The notes: generated by a model from the letters alone, not told the origin. A DNA stretch of 64,000 nucleotides from Microbotryum violaceum (GCA_001244265.2 LN717261.1:2123591-2187590); one strand, 5' to 3'; shown: positions 25,001-38,699, counted from the first letter of the stretch. Numbers and translations: made by a program.

Positions 25001-27928
25001 CACGAAGGAGATTGGAGGGAGCGAAGGCTGCGACCTGCGTGGGTGGGCAAGGTGGGGGAACCGCGAGCGTTGTGGCGGGGCCGACGGACTTAGTATCGCC
25101 GGCCGCATCAGTGTCGTCACTCCGCCAGGCTGGGCCGTGCGAAGGGCGCAAACAATTCGACAGGCAAGGGCGGACACGGTGGTGGCCGCGCTGGTAGGTC
25201 GTATGGGCTGATAACCTGTGAAAGTGCGACGACTGCTCAAGCGGTGGTAAGGCTCTGATTGACGGACCAAGGAGACCAGACCAAGAAGTTGCTTGAGCAG
25301 GAGAGAGAGGCGCGGAGCCAGTTGGCTTGGGTGAGCGCGCGGTTGGTCCAAAAGGAGGTAAGGTGAGACCAAGAAAAGGAGACATGATGCAAGAAGGAAA
25401 CACAGGAGGTCGTCAATCTCACAGGAAGCAAGCAGAAGAAGAGGAAGACTGGGGGAAGAGCGCAAGTGTTGATGTGCCGGGACAACAACGACAACAAAGC
25501 GAGCGAGGATGATTCACCATCGTCGGGACTTTCGGAATCAAGTGCGGAGAGGCGTCAAGTTCAGGACATCCTTGCGGGGAAGCAAAGGATTCAGGAGATG
25601 GTTCTAAGTTTGATCCGAAGAGGGATCAGAGGACAAAATGTTACCTCCGCCGCCGCACTTTGGTCCGAGCGACAGCCAAGGGAGGTGATTGAGCAACAGA
25701 TGCAATCACTTGCCGACTCAAGGGAACATGCTACCGTTAGCTCTTCGACCAAACCTCCAGAAGATCTCACTTGCCTTGCTACCCCGCCTTGTTGAACGCG
25801 CCTTCGGATGTTTTTTTCCCCTCGACGCTCGGAACAAAACTCTCGTCCCCCGCGGCCACGAGACTAACCATGCGTTGTAAACTAGCGAGTTCGGGTTGAA
25901 AGTATAGACATTAATTCGTAGCATGTACCAAATTTTGACTCTTGTGCGAGACAGAGACGATCGGCGCATCGGCGACACTGTGCGGCTGTCACTTTGTCAC
26001 TCGGACGAGGCTCAGCTTGGATCATCAATTCCAGCTAGCGAGCGATAGGGTATGATTTCAAAAGCTGTCACATTGCATGGTTCTCTTCCGACCATTGAAC
26101 AGCCACCAAATACCTCCGCCGCGCCTCCTCAATCTCAAGAGCATTAGATTGGAAATCTTGAACTCAGATCTCCTCGAATGGCGCTTTCTTGGCTTGTTCG
26201 TCCAGCCGTCCAGCAGTTTGTCGCCGATTTTCGTTCCTAGGGCATGCTGACCGCCGTCTTGAAGGTGGGTGGGAACAGGCACCAACGTAGCCATCTCGGG
26301 GCGTTGGGCACTGAAGGGGGACCGCAGCAGACGTAAAGCGCCGTCGTCAACTCTCAGCGCTCAGCCACTCGACGCCTCCCGAGGGCTGAACCACCCCAGA
26401 GTTGGAGGATTTTTTTTTCTCGCGAGTAGTCTTGTGTGATTTTAATTTTTTTCCCTGCGCGCGCGCGCGATTCTCGTGTCCCCAAAGGTATGAGGCGCCG
26501 TTGCAATCACGAGCGCCGCAGAAAAAAGAAAAACGAAATGCGCGCCGCGCGAGAAAAAAAAAAAAAAAAAAAAAAGTCCTCGACTCGGACGTTGCCCCTC
26601 GGGAGCAGTCGGGAGCTCTGAAGCTCCGAGTCGCCGAGTGGCTGAGAGGTGACGAGTCTTTGTCTGCTTCGGTCCCCTTGAGTGCCCAACGCCGCGAGAT
26701 GGCTACGTTGGTGCCTGTTCCCACCCACCTTCAAAAAGAGCCTACCCCCATTGCAATCATCCCCATGTACCGGAGATGATCGCGACGTCCTTGCATCGCT
26801 CAAGGTTGATTGGCTAAAAGCCAGGTCGGGCAATGGTGCGGCGAGAGCTGGATGACGAGTGGTCGAGGCGCGACTCGACGACTGCAAAAGAGTTGAGCTT
26901 GATCCCGAGGCATGGACAAGGGGTGACTTGAGGATGTGGAAAGAGTCGAGCCGGATTCCAAGGGATTTGAACGGTCGTTAACGTAAGGCTAAGGCACCTT
27001 ACTGCGGATCCAGTCTACGAACCCGAGAGCCAAGAGATCAGCAATGGGACACGGAACAAGGGAAGGCAAACGTGAATTGACGAGACTGACCTGTTTCCTC
27101 TAGACCCGGGTTCTGAGAGTTAATCAGCTCCAGATTTGCTGCTGGAAATCGTTTCTCAGCCGCGACCCTAGCTTCCGTCTTGCCAAAAGCCATCGCGCGT
27201 TGTTCAATTGAGCGTAGATTGGCTTGGCGAGCTTCGATTTTGGCAGCCATGGCAGCGAATTATTGTTCATTTTCTGGAGCGTTACCACCATGTTCATCAT
27301 TTCGAGCTGTTGAGCTGGAGTGAGTGAAGCTTGAGGTTGAGGTTGAGGCTGAGCGGACGGTTGAGCAACGAGAAAAGGAGGGCGCAAGTGGGCTGGGAAG
27401 AGTCAGGCACGAGCCCCGACACGCGGTCGATATGTTGTTGCACCAAAAAAGGTGCATCGCCAGCGGTTGCAGCGCCAAAAGAAGAAGCCGTATTGGAGTT
27501 CAAGGCCAAGCTGAACAAATCGTCAGTCAAACCAGATGGTGAGTTGTTCATTTTTATCACGAGAGGCAAGGGGAAGAGAGTGGCAGGAGGAAAAGAGGCA
27601 AATCCAGGCCGAACTCGAGGCGGTTGCCTGGGCGCGTGGGCGCTGGGTGCGGGAGGGTGCGGGCCTCAGGTCAAGCAGCGCTGCAGCAGTAACAGCAGCA
27701 GGCTCAGCTCAGGTGGGTACAGAAGAGCTGATGGCTACAAATGAGATTCAAGAGAGCTTTCTCTGTCCCCTGGATTGGAGGGAAGTCATGCCATGCCATG
27801 GGTCATGACGGACGACCTTGCGGCATGACTGTGCTGTGCTGTCATCTTTTTCTTTTCTTTTTTTTTTCTTCTCTCGTCCTTTTTTTCTTTTTTTCGCGCG
27901 AAACTCGTGTTAGCTCCGGCGCCTCATA
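19032..27928. mobile_element. Long-TIR (foldback-like) element containing Copia-3
   Basis: Near-identical inverted arms 19032-20215 and 26735-27928; ends TATGAGGCGCC..GGCGCCTCATA; GGGGGG flanks both ends. Confidence 0.7.
20381..25423 (-). mobile_element. Copia-3, full-length degenerate Ty1/Copia element
   Basis: LTRs 20381-20729 and 25217-25423; TSD GGAAG; PBS GGTTATCAGCCC. Contains gag, WLLDSGAN, integrase IRSDNGGEF, RT YVDD and RNase H YSDCNW, broken by stops and frameshifts. Confidence 0.95.
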
Positions 27929-28095
27929 GGGGGGAGGACAGGAGAAACAAAAAAAAAGAGAGGGAAAGGAGAAGAGGGAGGGGAAGAGAAAGAACTTGGA
28001 GAAAGAAGAAGAGGGAGGGGGAGGTGAAAAAGGAGAAAGAGAGGAAGTGGTACGGAACAAGTCATTTTGACAACAGACTTCATATTGCGCAGGTA

Positions 28096-30535
28096 TTATA
28101 CAGCTACAAAGTTGTGAGACTTCTTTTGATGCCAAGCTTGGCCATTCATCTCAGCCCTTGTCAGTCCTCTACAGAACCTTTGTGATTGTGGGTCATTCGG
28201 ATCCATCTCGTCTGTCAGCCCGAAAGGCTTCCCGCAGTCCAAGCACGCCCCGTCACACTCAGTCACCGATCCGTCATTGCTTAGTTTTGACCCCTTGCGT
28301 TGACAAGTAGTTTGCCCACATAATTGACAGTGCCTTGCCCCTTTTGTGGTACCCGCGCGCGTCAAAGCGCTTCGTGCCCAATGTCATTCGTATGTGGTCA
28401 TATGGGTTGTTCCCTCCTTCATCTGTTTATCGTTCCTATGATGGTACTTGGGATTGAGCCTAGCGGCGTGTCATTCACTCCTTAGTCACTCAATCTCCCT
28501 ACTTTACTAGTCTTTAATCTCTTTCCTTATTAGCTTTACGCTTCACTTTCTAGCCTTCCGTGAGTCTGTCTCTTAGTCTCTGGCCACTCTGTTCTCCTCC
28601 CTGTTCATTGGACTGAGTTGTGGTCATCATCAGTTTCCACTTGAGAACATTTCTGCGACACCCAAGTCCGCGCTCGAACCAGCGTCGCTCGAGGCAGTTG
28701 CAACAAAGGGGAGGATGGATGACGTTGGAGGATCCGAGAAATCAACTTGTACCTCTGTAAGCCTCCCCAAGACAGGCGGTTTGTGACCGAGTAATGGCTT
28801 AGCCGCTAGCATGCTAACATCACGACCGCGGGAGGGATCGGTAAGCAAAGCTTGAATCACTATGACGTCGTTCCCACCCATGTTCATTGTGGCTTGAGCA
28901 TTTGCCAGCGACGACCATCTTGGTGCCCATGTATTAACGTGCTCTGGCATCTGTGTGAGGATTGCGCTTCAGCTCAACCTCACCATTCAGTGTGACACAG
29001 ACGCGACTTTGTAAAAAATGTCTAGTATGTTGGCATACTTGTTCCAAGGCTCGGTAATCTCCAATATCCGAAGATTTTGAGGAGCTCCCGGTCGTATCTT
29101 GCTTGAGAGATATCTGTATAGCGCTCGTTCGCTGGGTGTATGGAAATGTAATACAGCAAATCGAGTACCCTGACGTTCCGCTAGCCAGTCGTGGCGAAGC
29201 TTGCGATCGGTTAGCAGCGGGCTTTGCATATGCTGTATCGCCGACGTATGGTTTTGCAGCAAGTTCCGTGGCGACCACTTGACGGGCTCCAAACGCAGAG
29301 TCCCGCGCTCGACGTGATAGGGCTCGATCAAAAAGCGCATTTGCGCTGTTGGCGACTGAACAGGTACGATGCCGAATGTTTCGGTGGATGGGGTGTAGAG
29401 CAGCGGGTTGACTATATCTGACACAGTGGTTGAGTGCCATGGGAGAAATGCCGTGGTCTTGCGCCTCAGACGATGTATTTCCACAGTGAGCCAGAGGTCG
29501 TAGTGCCCCACGAATGGTTTTCCGGTACAATTGAAAGTCCCAACCTGCGAATACAAGGGATAGTGGGTGAGAAAGGTTGCCGCTTCTTCGAATCGCGATG
29601 GTGAAGTTGGACTGACCGTGAGATTGTGCACTAGCACGTAGTCAGCCATGCACGCATTGACATGGCTCGGAGAAACACCAGACTTTGGAAACCGTTGGCG
29701 AAGGTTCCGATGGATGCCTCCTTGGAGACTGTTGGTGTCGCGCCGGCAGGAATATAAACGGACACCGTCATCCGCCTTTCCATCTGGCCCTCCGCAAGGC
29801 CCAAGGTCGGTGTACAGCTCGATGCCAACTGGATCCGAGACTTGGCCTTTCCGAATCGCCTCAAGACATCTCTTCGCTGCCTCGTGCGCCGCTTTGTTGA
29901 AAAGTGGTTGCTTCGACTTCGCATCGACCGAGCTTCTCAAAGACCTCCCGGACCAAAGGCTCGAGAATGCCTGGCGGAGAGATCCATCGACGAACGCGTC
30001 TCCAAAGCTTCCTATTCCATACCGGCGAACGGACCGCTTCTTCCCACGTCATTCCGAATTTTGCTAGGCGAGCCTCCATCAGGAATCGATCATCCGCATT
30101 CGGGATGAAAACCGCATCGGAGAAGGCACGAGCAAAGGCTTTGGCAGCGCCATGTTTTTTGGACACATAGATCCGGTCAAAGAAATGCCAGAGATCGATT
30201 AGAATTGCACAGCGGTATCGTCTGAGGAAGGGACTAGTGAAAGGGAATGGTTCAAGATACATACGCCAGCTCCAGCCCCGGCGCCAGGACTGGCGCAAGT
30301 CCGTAGTAACTGACCTTTGCTTGTTGCAGCCTTGCCCCAGATAGCTTTGCCAACTGCTACATTTTGTCATCCGTGTTATCGGCGCTTCGTTTCCGAAAGG
30401 AGCGTGACAGTAGTTGCATTGTAGGATATGGCACGTTGCAGCATGAAGCTAAGGGGATGGCCGCGTGCCGTGCGCCTGATTGCGCCAACTCAGTCCGCCA
30501 ACTCAAGTGCGCCAACTCAAGTGCGCGCGGTGCGC
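28096..30535 (-). mobile_element. Zisupton-like DNA transposon remnant (transposase C-terminal part, internally deleted)
   Basis: IDLWHFFDRI..KKH..FARAFSDAVF and YSCRRDTNSLQGGIH resemble Zisupton-type transposase motifs (recalled, not searched); Cys-rich tail; 5' block shared with 42523-42721. Confidence 0.6.
28382..28660 (+). repeat. Solo LTR related to the 50605-52691 family
   Basis: TGTCATT..GACA with TSD CCCAA; shares GGCCACTCTGTTCTC..CATTGGACTGAGT..CATCAG with the LTR at 50605. Confidence 0.9.
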
Positions 30536-32246
30536 TAACTCGGGCGCTCGACTATGGGCCGCCGTTTGGGCAACAAATGGATTTGCGCACCCGGGGCCTC
30601 CGCGCGCCCAGAAATATGGATATGCGCGCCCCGCCGAACGCTTCTGCACGCCCGCGACTCGTCTAGCCTCGTTCATGCGCGACACACGCGAGCTCACGCG
30701 CGGCCGCCTTCTTCCACACACACACTGCCCCCACGTCAACCTTGTCCAGTTGTTCCCCGCTTTCACAACGACTCTGTTTCACTCAACAGCCTTCAACTGC
30801 TATCATGAGAAAAGTAGATGGTATCATTCCGACTTGGGAGAGGGAGTTGGCCCCCAAGGGTGCAAGTACGTTGCAAGCTGGGAGCTCTTTGAGCCCTCCT
30901 AATGCAGGCTGGAGCAAATGCAGAGATTCTTCCAGTGCCGATGTTCGATATATGATTCTGCTGCTGCATACCAAGACTCTTGGCCGAGAGCACCGGCGCA
31001 GGATTTGTCGGCCCACTCCGACAAATAATTATCTGGAACGAGCACCACTAGTTCTCTGGAACTCAATGGAGCCCGACTCTCCTCCTGCCATGAAAATGAG
31101 TTCCATACCGCGGAGTAAAAAGGCAAACCTCCTCCGAGTGGTGTCGGTTCCCGCGCAAGTAGAAAAAGCCGCGAGCGTGTGAGCGTTTCCGGTCACGCGC
31201 ATCTGCGATTCTGCGAGCGTGAGAACTGTTTTGGGAGCGCATGTAAGCAGCTTCCGAGGCGCGCAAATCGTAAAGAGCAGGGAATGCGGGGTTAGGAATT
31301 TTGCTAGGAAATTTAAAAAAAATCAAAATCAATTTTCGGATTTTTATTTTTTTATTTTTTTGGAAAAATCCCAAAAAGCGCGTAGATTGAGTAGGTTGCG
31401 CATGCATGAGCGCGCTGTAGCGCGCGTAATGCCCCGTCCGTGCGCGGATACGGCGGGGCGAGTGAGTCTAACAGTGAGTGAAAAGCGCGCGGACCGCCAA
31501 TAGGGGCCAGAAACCGATGTTTTTCCTGGAAAGCGCGCAACTCTGCAGGTTCCAGAGCGCATTAGAGACCAAAAGGGTGTCCAAGAGTGAATGATGCGCG
31601 TATGAGGGCCCTTTGGCGCGCAATTGCACGATTTTCGGCGCGCGTACAAACGAATTGTAATGCGCAAGTAGCCCCGGGCGCGCAAATCCATTCGTGGCCC
31701 AAACGGCGGCCCATACGACTGCGCCAACTCTGAATCAGCAAAATGGGCGCGCGCAAAACCCTCGCTTAAGGATTTGCAGGGGGCTTAACGGTGTCATCCC
31801 GCTTAACGCGAGCTTACGCAGCGGCTTAACGGCTTCCTCCCGCTTAATGCGGCTCTGCCACACTTTTTTTGAGACTACGGAATCCGTACAACCCAGTCTT
31901 CCCTTTTTTGAGACTCCACGCATGAACAACCGCAACAATAACGACACCAGCAATGCCACCCCCAGCGCTATAGCACCTAACCATCCTCCCAACTCCGCCA
32001 GCATCACCGCCACCACCCAAACCAGGTCGTACTCCGCAGCCGTCTCCGCCCGTTCCATGTGAAGACCAACGTGACCCCCGCCACCGCAAGCACTGTTGCT
32101 TCCCACCCGATGATTCACAACATTGCCAACTGTGTAATCATCAAGACACCTCCCACAACCACCTCTGAGAAAGTGCTCTCAGCACTCGATCACCACTACC
32201 CGTCCCTTGCAGGTGCCATGCCCTGCATCATCAAGGGACAACACGG

Positions 32247-33876
32247 TGGAAGCACCGCGTGCAGCCGTGCTCCAAGAACGATAGACAGAGTCAAACAGTC
32301 GTAGTTCAAGTCTTGAACCTCAAGGCAGTCAGCTGGCAAAAGCCAAGAGAGGTTCTAGGCACGCGCAAGCTATCCAACTAAGCCCCAAAATTCCATCACC
32401 TTCTTCCGGCTCCCGGGCAAAAGGCCTCAGGCCTTGCACTCTCCCCCTCCTGCATCAAACCCTCCCCTCCGTCCTCTTCTTCAGCTCCCAACGCCGAAGC
32501 GCCTCTGTCCCCTCCAAGTGCTCGCGCGGCTCCAAGGTGGCTTCGTGCTGCGGATATCCTTCCCACCACACACAAAAGCGCTTCTTTCCCCTTGTGGTCT
32601 CCTCCAGGATCTCTCACACGACCCATTCTTCCTGCCCATTGACTATAACCGGCTTTGGTCTGGGTTGTTCTTGGCTTGGGAAATAGCTTGGGTCATTGGC
32701 TCGGTAAGGTCAAAGTATGCTCACGTGGAATGTAGGATGTGATCGGTCACCCTCATTTAGCTGGAGTGTGTAATTAGAGGTGGCGACATTGGTGGCAAGA
32801 ACCTTGTAGGGTCCTTCAAAGCGATCAAAAAGCTTGGCAGATTTGCATTGTCCCGTCTTAAATCAAAGTTGACGGTCACGGGTATCCACCATAACAAGAT
32901 CTCCCACCACAATGTCCGGTTCTGGCCGGCAATGCCAATTAACCTGCTCCACTTGTCGTACCTTGGCCGCAGCCAACGCATCCCGCACCTCCACCAGTAC
33001 TGCCTTCCGCTTGGCTATCAGGTCTTTTGCTGCAGGCACTTTGGGCAGGTCGGGTCGATTGAGAGATGTTGGCAACAAGCTAGGCAAACGGCCTAGCACC
33101 ACTTTGAACAGCAACTTCTTTGTTGAGGCGTTGACACTGGCATTGATTGTGACTTCAATGTTAACCAGATGTTGGACCCAATTGGTCTGCTGGTGGTTGA
33201 CCACAGCTCATAAGGCCTGAATAGCGGTCTTATTGGTGCGCTCGCTGCGGCCATCGGTTTCAGGGTGGAACAATGTAGACACGGCGAGCCAAGTGCCCAT
33301 CAGCTTGTGGTACGCATGCCAGAAGTACGATGTAAACAGCTTATCCCAATCGGAGACCATACATATTGGTGGGCCAAAGAAGCGGTGCCATCCCTCGTGA
33401 AAGCGCTCGGCGACGTCCTTTGCGGTATCCGCGGCCCTGCTTGGTATCAAGCGTGTGTAACCTGACAGACAATCGGTGATGGTGAGGAACATGTCAAATC
33501 CCTGGCTCTTGGGCAAGGGGCCCACAGAATCGAGGGCCACCTCCTGCATCGGCTCGTTTGGCACCCCCAAGGCATGTGACACGTCCAATGGCACTGTGGT
33601 GGCTGCCTTGGTCCGTTGGCATATATTGCATGTTGAAACGTAGGCTTCGCACAAAGAACGCAGGCCCGGCCAGAAGAAACCCCGCGACACTTGCTGGAAG
33701 GTCTTGCGCGGGCCGAAGTGTGCGAGCGCATTGTGGGCATTGTGTAGAATGTCCTCCCAAAGCTGTGGCACCGCAGGTACCACCATCCTTCCCTCAAAAT
33801 AGAGCACCCCAGCCACACAAGAGAACCCTGGCAACAAATCGAGATTGCGCTTGACCTGCTGGCGAAAGGGATTGGC
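32247..33876 (-). mobile_element. Ty3/Gypsy chromovirus 3' fragment (integrase, chromodomain, 3' LTR)
   Basis: HHCC (HFGPRKT..CNICQ), [17 protein letters not shown], chromodomain EEWVV*EIL..VWWEGY; PPT GGAAGAAGG next to the LTR at ~32247-32398. Confidence 0.85.
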
Positions 33877-34099
33877 TGTAAGGCCCGTGCGCCTGGGCCT
33901 TAGGAAGAGGGGACGCGCGCCTGGGCACTCTTAGTCTCTCTCCAGCGACTGATACAAGTGTCCAGGTGAGCACAAGGTGGATCAGAAGGCATTGTCATAC
34001 CAGCGACTGATACGAGTGTCCAGTGTCAATTCTACATACTTTGGTCCTGTGATCCTTGTCGTCGTCGCTCAGGTGTACACTCCAACGGGGTGTATTACA
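33877..34099 (+). repeat. Gypsy 5' LTR
   Basis: TGTAA..TTACA followed by C-poly(T); 24-bp internal direct repeat. Confidence 0.8.
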
Positions 34100-34291
34100 C
34101 TTTTTTTTTCACACCGGTCAAAGACGCACACTGCCACGTGCGCCAGCGACACACCCACGGAACGAACAAACGACAACGAACGGTAACAGACGAACACGGC
34201 GCGTGGCAAGAACTCCACCGCCCAACCAGCGCCACCATCGGCACCAGAGGAAAGGGAGGACAGCTCGGACGATGAACAGGAGGTTGCAACG

Positions 34292-37200
34292 ATGCCAAGG
34301 GGCATGAAGCTCAGCGCGCCCAAGCTTGCGAACGGCACGAAACTCACTCTCTCCTCGATCCGCGCGTCCTTCGAAAAGAAGACGGCGAAAGCGGCTAAGA
34401 ACGACACCCTCCATCAAATTGCGGAAAACTCAGAAGACGACATCTCAACGGACGAAGAAAACGAGTACGCCCCTCAGTTCATCTCCACCATTCCCATCAC
34501 TCTGCACAACAACACGAAGTCAAAGACGTTGCAGGCACTTGCTGACTCTGGGGCCTCTTCCTCCTTTATCGCAGATAAGGTGGTTGAGAAACTGGGGTTA
34601 GTCATGCATCGTCTCCCTGTTCCTACATTGGTCAAAACTGCAATCAAAGGCCAAGCACGCGCGTTTCATGTTACCTCATTTGTAAAGATTCCGATCACGC
34701 TCGAGAATGGCGCATGGGAAGCGGGACACACGATTCTGAAGGTGGCTAAACTGCAGGAGCCCTTGGAAGTGGTACTGGGGTTCAACTTCCTTGTAAAACA
34801 CAAGGTTACCATCGACTTCGCGGCACACAAGATCCTGGTGCCACATCCGACCATGCCTGACGTAAAGATCGACCTTCTTGCGCCGGTCTTCGGACCCCAC
34901 CCCCAGCGAGCCGCGGCGAGGAATGCCAAACGAAGCGATAAAGCTCGGATCAACTGGCGTGCAGTGATTGCCTACATCGACGGGGTCCAGCAAAGGGAAA
35001 CGAAGTTGACGGAGTTGCGACGGCGGGAGGCAAAGCTACGGGTTGAGTTTGCGGATCGGTTCCCGGGGGATATTCCTCCGGTTTCGACGTATGAATCACC
35101 GGTCCGACACCGAATCGAGCTGAAGGACGGAGCAACAAAACCGAACTTGAAGGGTTATCGAGCGGCACACCGTTACCAGGAAGCCTGGAAGCGCCTGATT
35201 GATCAGCACGTCGCCAATGGCCGCCTTCGAAAGTCGTCATCAGAGTTCGCGTCCCCGGCGTTTGTCATCCCAAAGAAAGGTATGGATAAGGACCCGTCAA
35301 TCCAACCACGCATGGTCTGTGACTACCGAGTACTCAACGAAGGGACGGTCCGAGATCGCACACCTCTACCACTTCCGGACGAGATTCTGTCGGTCTGCTC
35401 AAACGCGCGATTCTGGGGGAAGATCGACATGACAAACTCCTTCTTCCAAACCAAGATGGCCGAGGAAGACATCCGGAAGACGGCGATTGTGACACCGTGG
35501 GGATTGTACGAGTGGACGGTAATGCCAATGGGACTCTGCAACGCCCCGGCAACGCATCAGCGCCGAGTCAACGAGGCACTCGGAGACCTTATCGGGAGCG
35601 TGTGTTTTGTGTACCTCGATGACATCACAATCTTTGCCGACACCTTGGAGGAACATGAACGACGGGTGCGACTAGTCCTGGAGGCGCTGAGACGGGCGGA
35701 TCTGTACGTATCGCCGAAGAAGACGGAACTGTTTGCTGCCGAGTGCTTTTTCCTCGGCCACCAGATCACTCGGGAAGGCATCAAGGTCGATCCTGACAAG
35801 GTGGAGCGGATCCAACAGTGGCCGCGACCAAGGACGGTGAAGCAATTGCGGGGATTCCTAGGTCTGGTGCAGTATCTGCGGAAGTTCATCGACAAGCTTG
35901 CGGATTTGACGGCGGTTTTAGTCCCGCTGACACGGAAAGGGGTGCATGTCGACGAAGGCTGGACGGGAGAGCACAACAAGGCGTTTGAGGCAATCAAGTC
36001 CTTGGTGGGCAACCTTCCTTCTCTACATCCCATTGACCATTCCGACAAGGGCGACCCATTATGGCTGATGACGGACGCGAGCAATCGGGGAATCGGGGCG
36101 GCACTCAGTCAAGGAAAGCAATGGCAGACGGCCATGCCGGCAGGCTATTGGTCACGACAGTACAACCCAGCGGAAGGCAACTATGCAGCCCACGAGATGG
36201 AATTGCTTGCAATTGTGGACGCCCTTCATCACTGGCGGGCGGACCTTTTGGGTGTTCGATTCAAGATCCTCACAGACCACCACTCCTTGGCGGGCTTCAT
36301 GAAGCAACCAAGCCTTTCACGACGACAAGCTCGATGGACCGAACGACTGGCCGATTACGACTTCGAGATTGTATATGTACGAGGTCCAGAGAACACAGTG
36401 GCTGATGCATTGAGTCGTTACTCTTTCCCGGAGGAACCCACAGCCGGCCGCCAGGCGAGCGACAATGTCAACGTGCTGGCGGAGGCAACTCTCGATCCTG
36501 CCTTCCTTTGCAAACTCAGGGACGGTTACCGCAAGGACCCGCAATGTCAACAAGCTATCAAGAACATTGACTCAACACCAGGCTACTCAGTCGACAATGG
36601 AATCGCACGGTTCAAAGGACGGATCCTCCTGCCAAAGACGGGGAACTTTCGGGAGGACGCGCTACATGACGCGCATGATGCCGCACGCCATTTTGGACTA
36701 CACAAGACGTATGAACACCTACGCCGCAACTTTCTCTGGTCGGGAATGAAGGATACATGCAAAGATTACGTTGAGTCCTGTGCTGCTTGTCAGACAATGA
36801 AGATGCATGGCACCGGTTTTGCCGGTCGGATCCACAATTTGAATGTGCCTGACCGGCCAATGCGGGAAGTTGGCCTAGACTTTGTCGGGCCACTTGTACC
36901 TAGCAATGGTAATGACGCACTGCTTACGGTAACAGATCGCCTTTCAGGCTACGTTCGCCTCATCCCCTGCCGCACGACGGACGACGCGACTACCACGGCG
37001 GACTGGTTCTTTGAGGGGTGGCATCGACACTTCGGCATGCCACGAGTGCTGGTCTCCGACCGCGACAAGCTCTTCACAAGCGAGTTCTGGCGAGCGTACA
37101 TGGGCCAGCTGGGAACGAAACTGGCAACATCGACGTCTTTCCACCCACAAACGGATGGCCGAAGCGAGCGAACAAATCGGACCGTGATCCAAGTCCTGCG

Positions 37201-37726
37201 AACAATGGTCAACCGACGGCAAAATGACTGGTCAAAGCACTTGGCTACGGTGGAGTTTGTGATCAACTCCAGTATGAACAGGTCGACGGGGAAGACGCCA
37301 TTTGAAGTGGTACTTGGGTTCACGCCGGAGCTGACACCAATCACCCCAGCGCACGCCTCACCAGCCGCCCCCGCACAATCTCCGCGCACCATGTCCACGT
37401 CCACTGCCCCTAGCCCCAGCCCCGCGTACAAGCCCAATGACCCGCCCCAACTCCACAGCACCTACGCACCGCATCCCTTTCCCCCCTTACCCGTCTCCCT
37501 ACTTGGCGCTCATGGCCCTCTCCTTGCCTCCGCCCTAGTTGATTTGGGATCGCCACAAATGTTTGTCAGTGAGGAGCTTGTTCAGCAATTGGGTTTGGAA
37601 AGGCGCGCCTTGGAACCGCACTCAAAGTACACCCTTGCAATGCAAAACCAAGGGCCCACTGTCTTCACCTGCACGCATTTTCTTCGAGTCCCGCTCGAGC
37701 TGGCCAACGGGCTCTGGGTGAGGTAG
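34292..37726 (+). CDS. Ty3/Gypsy Pol (PR-RT-RH-IN), no recognisable Gag, chimeric C-terminus
   Basis: 1144-aa [47 protein letters not shown]. After ~37340 it switches to a second protease-like segment (LVDLGS). Confidence 0.92.
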   Translation: MPRGMKLSAPKLANGTKLTLSSIRASFEKKTAKAAKNDTLHQIAENSEDDISTDEENEYAPQFISTIPITLHNNTKSKTLQALADSGASSSFIADKVVEKLGLVMHRLPVPTLVKTAIKGQARAFHVTSFVKIPITLENGAWEAGHTILKVAKLQEPLEVVLGFNFLVKHKVTIDFAAHKILVPHPTMPDVKIDLLAPVFGPHPQRAAARNAKRSDKARINWRAVIAYIDGVQQRETKLTELRRREAKLRVEFADRFPGDIPPVSTYESPVRHRIELKDGATKPNLKGYRAAHRYQEAWKRLIDQHVANGRLRKSSSEFASPAFVIPKKGMDKDPSIQPRMVCDYRVLNEGTVRDRTPLPLPDEILSVCSNARFWGKIDMTNSFFQTKMAEEDIRKTAIVTPWGLYEWTVMPMGLCNAPATHQRRVNEALGDLIGSVCFVYLDDITIFADTLEEHERRVRLVLEALRRADLYVSPKKTELFAAECFFLGHQITREGIKVDPDKVERIQQWPRPRTVKQLRGFLGLVQYLRKFIDKLADLTAVLVPLTRKGVHVDEGWTGEHNKAFEAIKSLVGNLPSLHPIDHSDKGDPLWLMTDASNRGIGAALSQGKQWQTAMPAGYWSRQYNPAEGNYAAHEMELLAIVDALHHWRADLLGVRFKILTDHHSLAGFMKQPSLSRRQARWTERLADYDFEIVYVRGPENTVADALSRYSFPEEPTAGRQASDNVNVLAEATLDPAFLCKLRDGYRKDPQCQQAIKNIDSTPGYSVDNGIARFKGRILLPKTGNFREDALHDAHDAARHFGLHKTYEHLRRNFLWSGMKDTCKDYVESCAACQTMKMHGTGFAGRIHNLNVPDRPMREVGLDFVGPLVPSNGNDALLTVTDRLSGYVRLIPCRTTDDATTTADWFFEGWHRHFGMPRVLVSDRDKLFTSEFWRAYMGQLGTKLATSTSFHPQTDGRSERTNRTVIQVLRTMVNRRQNDWSKHLATVEFVINSSMNRSTGKTPFEVVLGFTPELTPITPAHASPAAPAQSPRTMSTSTAPSPSPAYKPNDPPQLHSTYAPHPFPPLPVSLLGAHGPLLASALVDLGSPQMFVSEELVQQLGLERRALEPHSKYTLAMQNQGPTVFTCTHFLRVPLELANGLWVR

Positions 37727-38699
37727 CGCGATCCGACGGCCGGGTACTACTATACTACTAGTACTAGCTGCGGGACACGGTCGCGCCACGTTGGTTGCCT
37801 ATTTGTGAGGAAACAAGGGAAAACTTGATTGAATGTATCCAGATAAATCGTGATAAGGTATGACCCAAATTTCGACGTCGCGTACTGGCACTCACCTCCC
37901 GCCTCGACGCCCTTTCTATAGCTACACATCACTGTGTGAAATTCATGGCGCCCATTGGGTGACCGCCCGGAGCCCAGGTCGGTTTTCGCGCACGGAGCCC
38001 ACGGGCGAATTCGTGCAATAGGGTTGTGGATCTCAGGCGGGCCAACTTGCTGGAAGCCGGGCGGGTGCCACGCCGATCAAAGGGCCTGTGCACCGGGAGT
38101 CTGTGTGGGCCTCCATGTCGCCTGGGGGTGTGATACCGCACCGACACCATGCAAAAGCTATGTGGATGCTATAGGGATCAGCCATGGCTCCCGCAACAAC
38201 CCCATGTAGATCCTGGTGTTAGATACATCACCGTATGCAATCCAGCAGTTCTGTTGGTACAGCTATTGTCGAGGAAGTAAAACAATATGAACTGCAACAT
38301 GCCCTAGAGAACGTGCACTGCGAGGCTAAAACCCATCGCTGATCGGGCCTCGACGACACTGTCGTCCCACCCAGCCCCAGACCCCACGCGCTCTTTACCC
38401 TAGTCTGCCTTCTGTTGCACCATCTCCTGTCGGGCGGACGTACGTGGGGCGCCACGCGAGCTTTAGTGTCGGCGCGGAAGATTTTGCGCAGACCGGAAGA
38501 GTGGGTATGCACTCACGAGAACCAGACATTGAAAGTCGGCGACGGGCTGACAAGTCGTAATCACGGTCGTGCACTGTGCTTGAAATGTTGAGTCCATGGT
38601 CGAGACCTTGGGTCGAATCGTCATGGGAGAGGTGTCGGCGTCATAGAACTGCGCGCCTCGTCGAACAGACTGATGTGGAGAGGGGCTTCGCGGACAACA

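Noticed and set aside
31922..32246. LINE ORF1 5' fragment
   Set aside because: Only a weak SYSAAV-like hint and an internal stop; too little to call.
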